Shown: piece after piece, positions 12,274 through 25,687 of the stretch
Position numbering within the stretch: position 1 is the first letter of the stretch
Layout of the letters: each line of letters begins with the position of its first letter
DNA from: Octopus vulgaris
Lineage: Eukaryota
Length of the DNA stretch: 64,000 bases
NCBI GenBank assembly: GCA_951406725.2
Contig: OX597831.1
Location: 8,556,001-8,620,000, forward strand
Direction of reading: 5' to 3'
Notes under the pieces: generated by a model
Seen by the model: the letters and a program-made list of their open reading frames with translations, nothing else
What the model was told of the DNA's origin: nothing
Databases searched by the model: none
Position numbers and translations under genes: made by a program

Positions 12274-12567
12274 CAGTGGTTGTTAACCAGGGCCCATATG
12301 ACTCTTGGAGGTTCATATGACCCTTAGGGGTTCATTTAAGATTTTGTTCTTAAAATTTATGCGCAATAAATTGGTTATGCTTCAACAATGTACAAAATAT
12401 TTTAACAGGGTTTTTAAATACATTTTCTAATATTTAATTCTGAATATATAATAAGGTTTCTTTTAAACATCGAATGGCTATGAGGGTCCATCCGAGTAAA
12501 ATAGGGATGAAAGGGGTCCATAGGCAAAAAAACAAACACAAAGAAAAAAATTGTTAGAGAGCCACTG
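12274..12567. mobile_element. hAT-type MITE (mirror copy 13535-13815)
   Basis: Termini CAGTGGTT...GCCACTG, flanked by the 8-bp TSD GTGTAGTC/GTGTAGTG. Confidence 0.8.
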
Positions 12568-13028
12568 GTGTAGTGTAAAATATTTCTAAAATGGCGAGAT
12601 GGTCATGGCTAGATTACTTTTGAATGTAGGTCAGTTGCATCGGGATTGACCTAGGGTTAAACAGCACCAGCGACCTCTTAATACGGGCGAGGATAGATAA
12701 TGACTAGGTATGAAAGGTGTTGGAAGAGGATCTTTACCTTTTAACCGACAGATTTTTTTAAATAATTTTTTGTAACTAAGCACTTCCAAACTTTGGTCAC
12801 TGGTAGAATGTGTCATATAAAATATCTTTTACTCTTAGCATTTTTGAGAAAAACTTATATTTACGAAGTTATTTCACGTTAAAGTTCTCGTATTTCGGTA
12901 ATTTCAACCAATCAATGACGTGTATTCAGCTGAATAAAATTACTGCCGTTGTTTGTCAACAACAACTGTCGGGGTGTATTTTTCGTTCGTCACTGTTATT
13001 TATGACATCGTTCGTGCGTTTGTACTGG

Positions 13029-13093
13029 TTTTAAGGTTTTAGGGTTAGGGTTTTAGGGTTGAGGTGTTAGAGTTAAGGTTTTAGGGTTAGGGT
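13029..13093 (+). repeat. Interstitial telomere-like (TTAGGG) tract at the palindrome apex
   Basis: Five perfect TTAGGG (13039, 13045, 13053, 13081, 13087) plus TTAAGG/TTGAGG/TTAGAG variants, all in one orientation. Confidence 0.9.
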
Positions 13094-14950
13094 TGTCATA
13101 AATAACAGTGACAAACGAAATATACACCGCCGGAAGTTCTTGTTGACAAACAGCAGCAGTAATTTTATTCAGCTGAATACACGTCATTGATTGGTTGAAA
13201 TTACCGAAATACGAGAATTTTGACGTGAAATAACTTCGTAAATATAAGTTTTTCTCAAAAATGCTAAGAGTAAAAGATATTTTATATGACACATTCTACC
13301 AGTGACCAAAGTTTGGAAGTGCTTAGTTACAAAAAATTATTTAAAAAAATCTGTCGGTTAAAAGGTAAAGATCCTCTTCCAACACCTTCCATACTTAGTC
13401 ATTATCTATCCTCGTCCGTATTAAGAGGTCGCTGGTGCTGTTTAACCCTAGGTCAATCCCGATGCAACTGACCTACATTCAAAAGCAATCCAGCCATGAC
13501 CATCTCGCCATTTTAGAAATATTTTAGACTATTCCAGTGGCTCTCTACCATTTTTTCTTTTTTACCTATGGACCCCTTTCATTCCTATTTTACTCGGATG
13601 GACCCTCATAGCCATTCGATGTTTAAAAGAAAGCTTATTATATATTCAGAATTAAATATTAGAAAATGTATTTAAAAACTCTGTTAAAATATTTTGTACA
13701 TTGTTGAAGCATAACCAATTTATTGCGCATAAATTTTATGAACAAAATCTTAAATGAACCCCTAAGGGTCATATGAACCTCCAAGAGTCATATGGGCCCT
13801 GGTTAACAACCACTGGACTACACTATTATACACATCCATCCACGATTTAAAGATAGCAACGTTTGATTTGAGAGCTGGCTGCACTTCAAGCATTTCTAGC
13901 GACTACGTTGAGCTTCTGACCTTGAAGGGATTTGGACGTCGTGTTGCATGTCCAAACCTGTTAATTTCCTCTATATAATAAATGATTGATGTTAGTTTGC
14001 TGTCGTTTCAGCCATTTCCTTCAGAGCCTTCTCTTTACTTTGATGTTTAGTCTTGGAATATGAAGGAATGTTCTATAATATTTCATTTCAAAAGCTATGA
14101 TATTCTGTCTCTTCTCAGTTAGTATATTCTGCCCACGATTCGCACTCGTTTCTCATTTCTGCGCCATCAGATCACAAACTTGTCTTGGTTTCTTCTTAGG
14201 AAAGAGTGTTTGTTGTGGAATTTTCGTGGGAGAGTATAAAAAGGGTCAACCGTACCCAAAACTTGAAAAATAAAGAAACATCCTGAATCTTTCATCACGT
14301 GACAAGAAGGCCTGACCTTAGCTTGCATTTCATAAGTTTGGAGTGTCTACTATTCGTTTGTGAAGGAGTCCCCTAGTTTTATGGTGCATCTGGAAAAACA
14401 TGGGTGCTGAGGTTTCGTCTTTGATGACTCAGTTAAACCAGAACAGTTTACATTGTACATGGTGTGTATTGCGGTAGGGAAGTGTGGCTGTCATCTGGAC
14501 TCTCGTTTGCTGCCCAATCTACTTCTGACTACAATTGTTTGTTGTTTCTGTTTGCTGCTCTACCTCTATTTTGACTCACAGACCTACAAACCACAGCTTT
14601 AAAGTGTGCGTGCATGCGTGAGTGAGTGCGTGCGTGCGTGAGTGCGTGCGTGCGTGCGTGAGTGCGTGCGTGCGTGCGTGAGTGCGTGCGTGCGTGCGTG
14701 GCCAAGTGGTTACAGTGTCGCAGTTACGATCGCATGGTCGCGCTTTCTATTCCCAAGCCGGTGTTCTTGAGCAAAACGTTTCATTTCATGTTGCTCAAGT
14801 TCATTCAGCTGCAAATGAGTTTACCTTGCGATGGACTAGCGTTCCCTCCAGGTGCAATTATTCGAAAAGCTAAAAATATTGTGAGGCAGCGCATTGTGAC
14901 CAGCGGAGTGTAACAACACCAGATAGTATGATCAATGCGGTGATATGGTG

Positions 14951-14982
<32 letters not shown>

Positions 14983-15174
14983 AAATCATAAGTATTATTA
15001 CAATACTATACTATTATTTTCCAGGGATAAGCACCGTAAAGGTTAAATTATAAATAGGAAATAGTAGCACAACATCTTTGCCTCTATACATTCAATGAAG
15101 GTTTACAATAGCGTCGTACAGTTATCGACTGCTATTTCCAGCAAACATTGGGACATTGTTGTGCCTTTATTTCC

Positions 15175-15235
<61 letters not shown>

Positions 15236-15266
15236 CACGACAGGTTGGGAGTCTCTATCATAGTAA

Positions 15267-15318
15267 TACGTGCTGAGGAAGGTGAGGCTATTTGCCAGTG
15301 CAGAAACCGGTCCACGTG
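15267..15318 (+). ncRNA. Type-I hammerhead ribozyme motif
   Basis: Helix I TACGTG/CACGTG (6 bp incl. U-G), CTGAGGA, helix II with GGC-TATTT-GCC but a weak base, GAAA, palindromic ACCGGT, GUC triplet (cut after 15312). Confidence 0.7.
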
Positions 15319-15546
15319 AGTCCAAATACTTCAATATATGCCGAGAGATTGTCGTAGCCCGTTTGCCTTCAGACAGTTGATTTATGTAGTTATTATCAAT
15401 GTATTTTGGCGATTTAAATAAGAGTTTTGACTATTATTTCCAGTGGTTAGACATGTTCTATTCCTGAGCGTTATACTAATATACTAATACATCTGTTTGT
15501 TTTGTACACCACCTGTCTTCGTCTTTTGTTTTTTTTCGTAAACTCT

Positions 15547-15656
<110 letters not shown>

Positions 15657-15679
15657 GTGTATATATATATATATTTATT

Positions 15680-15901
15680 TAATATTTTATTTGTTTCAGT
15701 CATTTAATTGCGCACGAACGAGAGCACCACCTTTTAGTCGAACAAGTCGACCCCAAGACGTATTCTTTGTAAGTCTAGTACATAGTTTACCCCCTCTTTT
15801 GCCGAACCGCTAAGTCACAGGGACGTGAACACGCCAACATCGGTTGTCAAGTGATGGTGGGAGAACAAATACAGACGCACAAATAAATAAATAAATAAAT
15901 A

Positions 15902-15943
<42 letters not shown>

Positions 15944-16100
15944 ACGGGCTTCTTTCAGTTTCCATCTACCAAATCCACTCAGAAGGATTTAGTCGGCCGG
16001 AGGTTATAGTAGAAGACACTTGCTGAAGGTGACACGCAGTTGGACTGAACCTGGAACCATGTGGTTGAGAAGCAAGTTTCTTACCACACAGCCACTCCTG
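15680..16100 (-). mobile_element. SINE family A
   Basis: Reverse complement of the family A head, internal (TA)n and tail. Confidence 0.9.
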
Positions 16101-16277
16101 TATACTCGCGCGCGCACACACACACAAACACATGCGTTTCTGTACACAATTATATATGTACGCATTTATACGTAGCTATAGATATATTTATGTTTAAATG
16201 ACTACATGAGAAATTAGACACAATCATGTTTTAACATACATACATACATACATACATACATACATACATACATACAT

Positions 16278-16314
<37 letters not shown>

Positions 16315-16898
16315 TATATCCACACACATAAACATATACAGACAAACACAATACTTGTATATCTACAGATATATACACATAAATATATGTGGACCTATAT
16401 GCATACATTCTTACATGCTTGCTTATACATACATACATACATACATACCTACATACATACATACATACATACATACATACACACACACATACATACATAC
16501 ATACACACACACATACATACGTGCATACATACATACATACATACATACATACATACATACATACATACATACATACATACATACATACATACGTGCATAC
16601 ATACATACGTGCATACATACATACGTGCATACATACATACATACGTGCATACATACAAATATGCATACATACTTGCCACTTCATCAGTAATGTCAAAATT
16701 TATAAAAAAAGCACACATAAATATAATGAGCTAATCAAATTTTTCTTTATTGTAGTTACGAGTTGGTTTACAAGCTGGAAATTTTCAGCAACACTCGCAT
16801 GTTCAGTTATACGCTGTAAGGTACTGATTTAATACATACACACACATGCATACATACATACATACATACATACATACATACATACATACATACATACA

Positions 16899-16929
<31 letters not shown>

Positions 16930-17179
16930 TTGTATACGTGTATATATATATATGTATTTATGTAAAACATACACATATGCATACATATATGCTCATGTAC
17001 GCATAGACATAAATACATACATACATACACACATAAATATATATATGTACATACATACGTACATACATACATACATACATACATACATACATACATACAT
17101 GCAGATATATTTGTGCGATATATGAGCACACACGTACATATATGTATGTGTGTATATATATATATATTTACATGAGCAA

Positions 17180-17222
<43 letters not shown>

Positions 17223-17319
17223 TACACATATATATATATATTTGTCTATATACATATGTTAATATATATGTATATATCTATGTATGTACAAGTACATATA
17301 TATGCATGTAAGCGCGTGC

Positions 17320-17355
<36 letters not shown>

Positions 17356-17393
17356 GCAAGCATAGATACAGGCATATGTATGTACCTGTGGCT

Positions 17394-17445
<52 letters not shown>

Positions 17446-17650
17446 ATATATCCCAATAAATGAATAAGGCAACAACTAAGAGGAAGAGCAACAACAGCCA
17501 ACAAACAGATCACTCAAGGAAAGATAACGAAAATAAAAGAAACGAAAAGTACGATGTAAAAATGTCGTCACAAGTGAAACGAACATATCTAGTTTTAGGC
17601 TGTAGTTACAGCTTCAACTGAAATATACATTGTTAGGATAGACGAAATGA

Positions 17651-17693
<43 letters not shown>

Positions 17694-17738
17694 CACACAC
17701 ACACTTACACGTATATGTGTATATGTTTGTAGGTATAT

Positions 17739-17786
<48 letters not shown>

Positions 17787-17874
17787 TTATGTACCTATGC
17801 ATACGTACACTTATATTTGTATGTATGTATATATGTATATATATGTATATGAATATGTATATATATATGTGTGT

Positions 17875-17922
<48 letters not shown>

Positions 17923-18024
17923 ATATAAATATATATATATAAACACAAATTATACATATGTATATGTATGCATATGCGTATATTTGAATATATATTTATA
18001 TATGCACACACACACACACACACA

Positions 18025-18073
<49 letters not shown>

Positions 18074-18590
18074 TGCGTTTATGTTATTCCCGCAGCCGCT
18101 GCTTTTCCTGTTTCTTTTTTTGTGGTTTTCGAAAAACAAATGGCGCCATCTTGTTGAGATCAAATTAGCCGTAATGACGTTGTAAAGCTCCTCTGCATTC
18201 GTCAGGTTTATTATGTTTTCTTAACAACGTTTAACAAATGTTAAAAGTGTAACTTAAACTAGATTGTTTTCAGCAGATTATAATGCATTCCATATTATAA
18301 TTTAGTTAAATTAAAATAGAAAAAAAAAAAAAAGATTTAAAAACGAAGTATAAATTTTCCCCAGTATTTTTCTGTTTTCGATTTACTCGCTGAATTTTCT
18401 TTTGTGTTCGACAAGTTTTACTATACATCTAATCAAACTAATTAAATATAAACAACAACAACTACTACTACTACTACTGCTATTGCTACTGCTGCTGCTG
18501 CTGCTGCATTGTTTTCAGAAACAGCGATGTATAAATCAAAATGTATGTTAGGTAATATTTGAAAGCAAACTCCATGTAGGGAATGTTGCT

Positions 18591-18659
<69 letters not shown>

Positions 18660-18765
18660 TATATTTATATATATCTCGCTCAGAGATTTATTATTGTGTG
18701 TATGTATGTTTATAAATATATATATTTATATATATCTCGCTCAGAGATTTATTATTGTGTGTATG

Positions 18766-18804
<39 letters not shown>

Positions 18805-18914
18805 GTAAATATAGTAATAACAGATGTATTGATGTATACATAGAACCACAAACACAATCATTGACTCACTATTCCTCTTTCTCTCTCTTTCTGTCTCTCT
18901 CTTCTTTCACAAAT

Positions 18915-18982
<68 letters not shown>

Positions 18983-19589
18983 CGTCATCTACTGGCGTGT
19001 CACAAAGGATTGCAATTTTATACTTCTTTCTGTCACATTTCTGTCAAATAACATCGATCGATCGATTCCTACCAGTGCCTTCCTTTCTATTCGATGACTT
19101 GTTACGAATAAACGTTTTCCTAAACCAGAATATTCAAAATGACATTGTGAACGAAAAACTTCCAGAAACTCACGGTGACCAGTGAATCAAAGAATGAAAG
19201 GATTCACCAGTTAACCCAGCGATTTAATTATTATATGCACATAGTACTCTTTATTGATTGTCTGGTCAGAGGGAACCTGGTGGATGTATATGATGCGCTT
19301 GCTGTCGATAAATGGTATCATCAGGAGCCTCCCGGTGGACTGGCTTTACCTGGCCTTTTGTGCCACCGAAAAATAGATGCTCAGCTCATACAAGTTAACC
19401 CATAATTAGCCCGGAGCACTTTAACAGAACTCTGTGGCACATCGTGCAATCAAATGGCCTTCGCGTCCCGACTGCATCAGAAAACAAGTCAGCTGTGACA
19501 AATAGGGATTAGTAGGGTGTCTACAAAGTGCTGCTGTAGCAGTTTCCTTCAATCTCAAATATCAAAAGTTGGCAGGTCAAAAAGACTGG

Positions 19590-19880
19590 CCCTCCGTCCG
19601 TTACGACGACGAGTGTTGTAGTTGATCCGACCAACGGAACAGCCTGCTTGCAAAATTAACATGCAAGTGGCTGAGTACTCCAAACACACGCGTACCCTTA
19701 ACGTAGTTCGCAGGAAGACTCAGCGTGACACAAGGCTGGCCCTTTGAAATACAGGTATTTCTAATTTTTGCCAGCTGAATGGACTGGAGCAACATGAAGT
19801 AAAGTGTCTTGCTTAAGGACACAATGCGTCACTGGGAATCGAACTCACTACCCTACACTAAGCCACATGCCTTCACGGGT
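19590..19880 (-). mobile_element. SINE family C variant
   Basis: Minus strand has B-box GAGTTCGATTCCC, CORE-like GTGTCCTTAAGCAAGACACTT and a 3' body shared with 1950-2130. Confidence 0.75.
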
Positions 19881-19997
19881 CTGCTTATTAGATGTATAGA
19901 GATAATATACTAAAATTACAATAACCTAGGACAGTTATAATTATGCCGCGTAAGAAAAGTCTCAAAACTTCTGGAATGACTGTACTGTAATTGTATT

Positions 19998-20154
19998 AGA
20001 GTGGCTGTGTGGTAAGAAACTTGCTTACCAACCACATGATCCCAGGTTCAGTCCCTCTGCGTGGTACCTTGTGCAAGTGTATTCTACTATAGCCTTGGGC
20101 CGACCAAATCCTTGTGAATGGATTTGGTAGACGGAAACTGAAAGAAGCCCGTCG

Positions 20155-20217
<63 letters not shown>

Positions 20218-20420
20218 TTGTGTGTCGGTGTTTGTTCCCCACCATCGCTTGACAACAGATGTTGGTATGTTCACGTCTCCATAACTTAGCGGCTCGGCAA
20301 AGAGACCGATAGAATAAGTACTAGGCTTACAAAGAACAAGTCCCGGGGTCGATTTATTCGACTAAAGGCGGCGCTACGGCATGGCCGCAGTCAAATGACT
20401 GAAACAAGTAAAAGAAAAAA
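19998..20420 (+). mobile_element. SINE family A with internal (CTAT)n
   Basis: GAGTGGCTGTGTGGTAAG...GGTTCAGTCCC...ACCTTGTGCAAGT...GCATGGCCGCAGTCAAATGACTGAAAC. Confidence 0.9.
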
Positions 20421-20637
20421 AGTGAACTTGTTATCATTTATTGTAACTGTATCACGTCCTAAGTGCATTTTTAGATTCCCAAAGGTTATAAAGTTACTCG
20501 TAATGTCCCTTAGTTTTTGTGATTATGACTAGAATATGATGAGATAATTTCTGTCTTAAATCAAAATAAGGCTTTTAAATCATTCATCAATATTTTGTAA
20601 TATATTTGGAATGAAAGACTCGTAATTTTGAGCCTTC

Positions 20638-20778
20638 TTTTGTTCAAATTCCGCCGACTTCGATTTGCTTTTCATCCATTCGGGGTCGATGAATAAAGTA
20701 CCAGGGAAACACTGGGGTCGATGTAATCGACTGGTCCCCTCCCCTAAGACTTCAGGCGATATGCCTATAACAGAAAGG

Positions 20779-20838
<60 letters not shown>
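20638..20838 (+). mobile_element. SINE family B (5'-truncated) with (ATT)n tail
   Basis: Family-B body followed by about 20 ATT units. Confidence 0.85.
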
Positions 20839-20840
<2 letters not shown>

Positions 20841-21237
20841 AAGTCGAAGGATAACTTCTTTTTCGAATTTGAGCTTAAACGTGATAAAAGTTACTTTTAA
20901 ATTATCTGGAAAAATTTGCATGTTTCGAAATGCCAAGATAGATTTACAAATAAAGTTTTGTGTTACACATTAAGAAATTCACCAAGACATGTTCTCAATC
21001 ATTCCTAATATCAACAGTTCATTCTCCTCCATAATGAAATAAAACACCTCGGTCAATCTTCTCGGTTATCTTCAATGCAATTAGCGCAAATACATAGCAA
21101 TTCCTCTACTCAAAAGTACTAAATGCGAGTCCAAACTGCAATCAGCCAAAATTCTTCTCATGTGCTGTAAACCAAGAATCAAAGTGCTGTTTAAAAACAT
21201 AGTTGGTGTCACTCGAAAGAGATTTGACTACTATTTT

Positions 21238-21291
<54 letters not shown>

Positions 21292-21405
21292 TTATATTGT
21301 TGTATTTCAGGACGGTCTTCTTTTTTTTCGTCAAATAAACACACGCACTATATATTCGTTCTTCACTCGTTTATTATCGTTCTTATTCTTCTAACTCATG
21401 TCCAG

Positions 21406-21450
21406 TGTCCGGAAATCTTTCGTCACACATCTGTGACCTCTTCAGCGACA
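21406..21450 (-). ncRNA. Minimal type-I hammerhead motif
   Basis: TGTCG-CTGAAGA-G-GTCACA-GATG-TGTGAC-GAAA-GATT-TC-CGGACA. Confidence 0.7.
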
Positions 21451-21760
21451 TCTTCCGTCTTCGTGTGCTCCTGCTTCACTTATTTCATTTTATTCTTTTA
21501 TGTTGTGTATCCTTATATACGCATGCGTTTACGTCCGTGTTCGTGTGTGTGCGTACATCCGCGTGTGTGTGTGTGTGTGTGCGTGTATGTGTATGTGTCA
21601 TTGTTCTTAGTTGCACTATGACCATCCCCTAAGAACAATGACACACACACATACACGCACACACAGAAACACGGATGCAAACGCATGCGTATATAAGGAT
21701 ACACAACATAGAAGAACAGAATGAAATAAGTGGAGTAAGAGCACACACGAAGACGGAAAA

Positions 21761-21805
21761 TGTCGCTGAAGAGGTCACAGATGTGTGACGAAAGATTTCT
21801 GGACA
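21761..21805 (+). ncRNA. Minimal type-I hammerhead motif
   Basis: TGTCG-CTGAAGA-G-GTCACA-GATG-TGTGAC-GAAA-GATT-TC-TGGACA. Perfect 6-bp helix II, UUC triplet (cut after 21799). Confidence 0.7.
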
Positions 21806-22852
21806 ATGGACATGAGCTACAATAAGAACGGTAATAAACGAGTGAAGAACGAAAAATGACCGTCCCGAAATACAACAATATCTGTTTCAACACACGATTT
21901 CACATCAGGAATCTAGCAACACAAATCCATAAACGTACACACACACACACACACACACACACATGCACACACACATGCACGCGCACGCACACACACACAC
22001 ACATACACTCACATGTTCAAGCGTGTCCAACCCATGAGCCAGCCATACTTTTCGTATGTGTAAGGAAGCAAGAACCAAACTCTCCAACGTACCTTTTTAC
22101 GAAGGTAGAGTATGATTTAAAGGAGCTTTGGCAGCTATTTCTAGATGGTGGAGAGCCATATAAAGTTTCCTTGAGCATTTGATTGTCTTTAATAATGTTG
22201 TCACACTTAGCAATAGAGAGAAGGAACTAGCGATGGGACTGGGTTATGGAAGTCGTATCTAGTGCGAGATTTAATCTGTGGGTGGAAAATAGATTTGGAA
22301 GAAGAGCCAGATGATGAGCTTTGCAATTTTGTGGACAGGAACGGTACTTAAAGAGCCATCTGTATTGAAAAGGATTGAGAAATCTGTCTGAGTCTTTTTT
22401 TTTAAATTTTATAAAAGAGGAGAATGAAATGTTGTTATTTGGAATTAGTTAAAGCATGCAAGCCGTGCTTTGCACAAATGCCTTTTAGAATTTGTTGATG
22501 TGTAACAAAACACTATATATGTAAATTTCTCTTGTCATGTCGAAACACGCAAATATTTCTTGATAATTTGAAGCTATTTTTATCAGGTTTAAGCTTAGTT
22601 TCGAAGAGAAATGAAAGAAAAAAAGTTGTTTGGATTTTTGGATGATGGATATCAACGTTAGAAGGATGACCGACAGATTACTCGGTTTTCAAAACTACTT
22701 TGACAAGTTCATCCTATGTGTGTATGCATGTGTGTGTGTGTATGTGTGTGTGTGTTGTGCGTGCGTGTGTGTATGCGTGCGCGCGTGTGTGTACGTATGT
22801 GTGTTTATGCGTATGTGTGTGTATGTGAGTGCGCGTGTGCGTGTAAGTAATA

Positions 22853-22901
<49 letters not shown>

Positions 22902-23201
22902 ATATGTACATATATAGTAACATAGCACGTTAACGCTGTTTGTAGGAGAGGTTTGGAAGGTACAGGCGGAAGATGGAGTAAAATAAATTGAATTAAAACA
23001 AAATAAAACAAAGTAAAAACCAAAAATAAAAATGGTTGAGTAGAAGGAGGTATGAAGGGGTTTAATTTTCGTGATAGATTTAGGGATATAAAAGTTTTAA
23101 AGGCTCATGGTTGCATGAGATTAGAGATATTAAAAGTTTTATGAATATAGACGTAAACAGGTAGATAAATACGTAAAGAAACAGACATAAGGACAAGTCG
23201 A

Positions 23202-23288
<87 letters not shown>

Positions 23289-23380
23289 TATGGCTAAATG
23301 TAATGGAAATCAAAAAGAACATAAAAAACCAAAGTTTACAAATAAAGTATTAACTTAACACTTTGATAAATGAGAAAGTG

Positions 23381-23415
23381 TTTTAACGCTTTGGACGTTA
23401 GTCCTTCACCAAAAG
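23381..23415 (-). ncRNA. Decayed minimal hammerhead
   Basis: TTGGTGA-A-GGAC-TAAC-GTCC-AAAG-CG-TT: four transitions away from CTGATGA...GAAACGTT, with helix II intact. Confidence 0.4.
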
Positions 23416-23676
23416 AATAAATGAAACATAGAAAGAAGGGGTAAGAGAGAAATAGACAGTGAGGGAAAAAAGAAAACTTTAGAAATCAGGTAGAAATGCG
23501 TTTGTATGGGAGGAGGTAAGACGAGAGGAAGGCATGGTGTGTAGATTATAAGAGTGTATCCGTGTCTGGAAGGGTAATGAAAAGGGAGTAGTGTATGTGT
23601 ATGTGTCTGTTAGTGTGGTGTGTGTATGCGTATAGATGTGTGGAAATGTAGTAGCGTTCCTTAGTTGAAATGTTGG

Positions 23677-23711
<35 letters not shown>

Positions 23712-24059
23712 CGTTTGGTGGTAGAGTGAAAATCTGTATTTGAAGAGGTGAGAGCGGGTATAAACATGAATGAATAAAATTCTTGGAGATGCACATGGGC
23801 TGGCAAGAGGATTCGAACTGGGAACTCCAACTTTGAATTCTTATTGGATTACCACCAAGATTATTTTGGATGTGCTTTTGACAACGTCCAACGAAGCAGA
23901 AATAGACCTATCAATCTCACCATCCATTGCACGACGATTTTCGTCTGTCTCCGATACATATAGTATTTTTAGACACAGCACAACCATAAAAGGTATTATC
24001 TTAAAACGAATACAGCAATAAATTTTCCTTTCACGATGTACTTAGATTAAATGCAATAC

Positions 24060-24578
24060 AAGAACTGACAAAATCTGCATTTTCAGAGTTGTATAACATC
24101 TTACTCTGAGCATCAAGACCAAGGTCCGTATATTGAACTGCTATGTCTACCGTGTGTTAATGTATGAGAGCGAGACCTGGTCTTTTATATCTGAAATGAA
24201 AAGGTGCTTGGAGGGCTGTGAAATACGGTTCTTAAGGAGAATATTGAGGATAGAATAGACAGACAAGGTATCCATCGAAGAAGTGGTGACCTGGGCTGCG
24301 GTAATTAGGAAACTGCTTCGTGAGATAAGAGCCAAACAACTGAAATTCTTTGGTCATGTGTTGAGGAAGGAGGGCCAGGAGAATTTCGCGATGACTGGAA
24401 AGGTTGAAGGGAAAAATGGCAGAGAAAAGGGAAAGATGATATGGATGTCAAGCTTGACGAACTGGTCAGAGAATAGAGGAAATAAACATCAAGAAGTGGA
24501 AAATAAAGAACAGAGAATTGTGACAGGACGTGGTCGGCTATGTCCTACATTCTGGACATGGCACCTGAAGAAAGACGA
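24060..24578 (+). pseudogene. RTE-clade LINE 3' fragment
   Basis: Frame reads LSIKTKVRILNCYVYRVLMYESETW...RFLRRILRIE*TDKVS.EEV...QLKFFGHVLRK...GKVEGK and ends TGGACATGGCACCTGAAGAA. Confidence 0.9.
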
Positions 24579-25149
24579 TACAAAAATGGTTATTTTAATT
24601 TTATTCTGCTCCTGTTGCATATTACGAATCTTTATTCAACCCGGTTGCTATTCGCAAAATCGCTAATGCATTGTGAGTGAATTTGGTAGATGGAAACCGT
24701 GTGGAAGTATGTGTATATATATATTTGTATCCTACCATTTTACCGTGAAATGAATTGTAATATAGTAGTATTCGCCCGAAGAAAGCTTAGAAATATGAAT
24801 AGCAATCGAGAATTGGCCAGCACTGGTGATGAAACTGTTAGATCCCGTGATTTCTGCGTGTTTGTGCTCTCAGCGCATGCTGGCCAAAACTCGCTTCCAC
24901 AGATATAACCAGGTACTAGTCCTGCAAATAACTGGCGAGCTGGAGCAAAGGTAGATATTAGCGACGGAAGTAGTGTAAGTAGTGAATAGCAATCACGTGA
25001 GATAGAAGTTCTAGTGACCGATAAAATAAGTAGTACCAGGTTTTAAAAACAAAAGTCCTGGAGTCGATTCGTTCGACTAAAATCTTTCATGGCGGTGCCC
25101 CAGCACGGCCACGGCCATCGCGCATTTATGTATATAAATATAATATGAA

Positions 25150-25307
25150 CAGGAGTGGCTGTGTGGTGAGTAGCTTGCTAACCAACCACATGGTTCCGGG
25201 TTCAGTCCCACTGCGTGGCACCTTGGGCAAGTGTCTTCTACTATAGCCTCGGGCTGACCAAAGCCTTGTGAGTGGATTTGGTAGACGGAAACTGAAAGAA
25301 GCCTGTC

Positions 25308-25369
<62 letters not shown>

Positions 25370-25563
25370 CTGTGTGTCTGTGTTTGCCCTTCTAGCATTG
25401 CTTGACAACCGATGCTGGTGTGTTTACGTCCCCGTCACTTAGCGGTGCGGCAATAGAGACCAATAGAATAAGTACTGGGTTTACAAAGAATAAGTCCCGG
25501 GGTCGATTTGCATGGCCGCAGTCAAATGACTGAAACAATTAAAAGAGTAAAAGGGTAAAAGAG
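25150..25563 (+). mobile_element. SINE family A
   Basis: Near-consensus copy with internal (TA)n(TG)n. A second tail fragment precedes it at ~25015-25115. Confidence 0.9.
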
Positions 25564-25638
25564 TATATATGTACATATTTGTATGGAGGCGCAATGGCTC
25601 AGTGGTTAGGGCAGATATATATATCTTGGACTCGCGGT

Positions 25639-25687
<49 letters not shown>

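Larger units (their letters stand above)
9290..15450. repeat. Large inverted duplication (arms 9290-13007 and 13094-15450)
   Basis: Reverse-complement collinearity throughout, including mirrored ORF pairs 12631-12816/13286-13471, 12810-13034/13053-13292 and 11137-11364/14662-14913. The left arm has an extra ~1.2 kb. Confidence 0.97.
21294..21881. repeat. Inverted repeat (arms 21294-21610 / 21628-21881), each arm carrying a hammerhead
   Basis: Reverse-complement match around a 17-nt spacer. Mirrored ORFs 21405-21632 and 21513-21893. Confidence 0.95.

Noticed and set aside
13008-13093. Head-to-head telomere fusion site
   Set aside because: Only TTAGGG is present. There is no opposing CCCTAA array.
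18668-18770. ~62-bp direct duplication ATATCTCGCTCAGAGATTTATTATTGTGTG
   Set aside because: Ordinary slippage between TA tracts.
19100-19590. Higher-complexity stretch as a possible exon
   Set aside because: No recognisable domain, long ORF or convincing splice pair. It may be an old TE.
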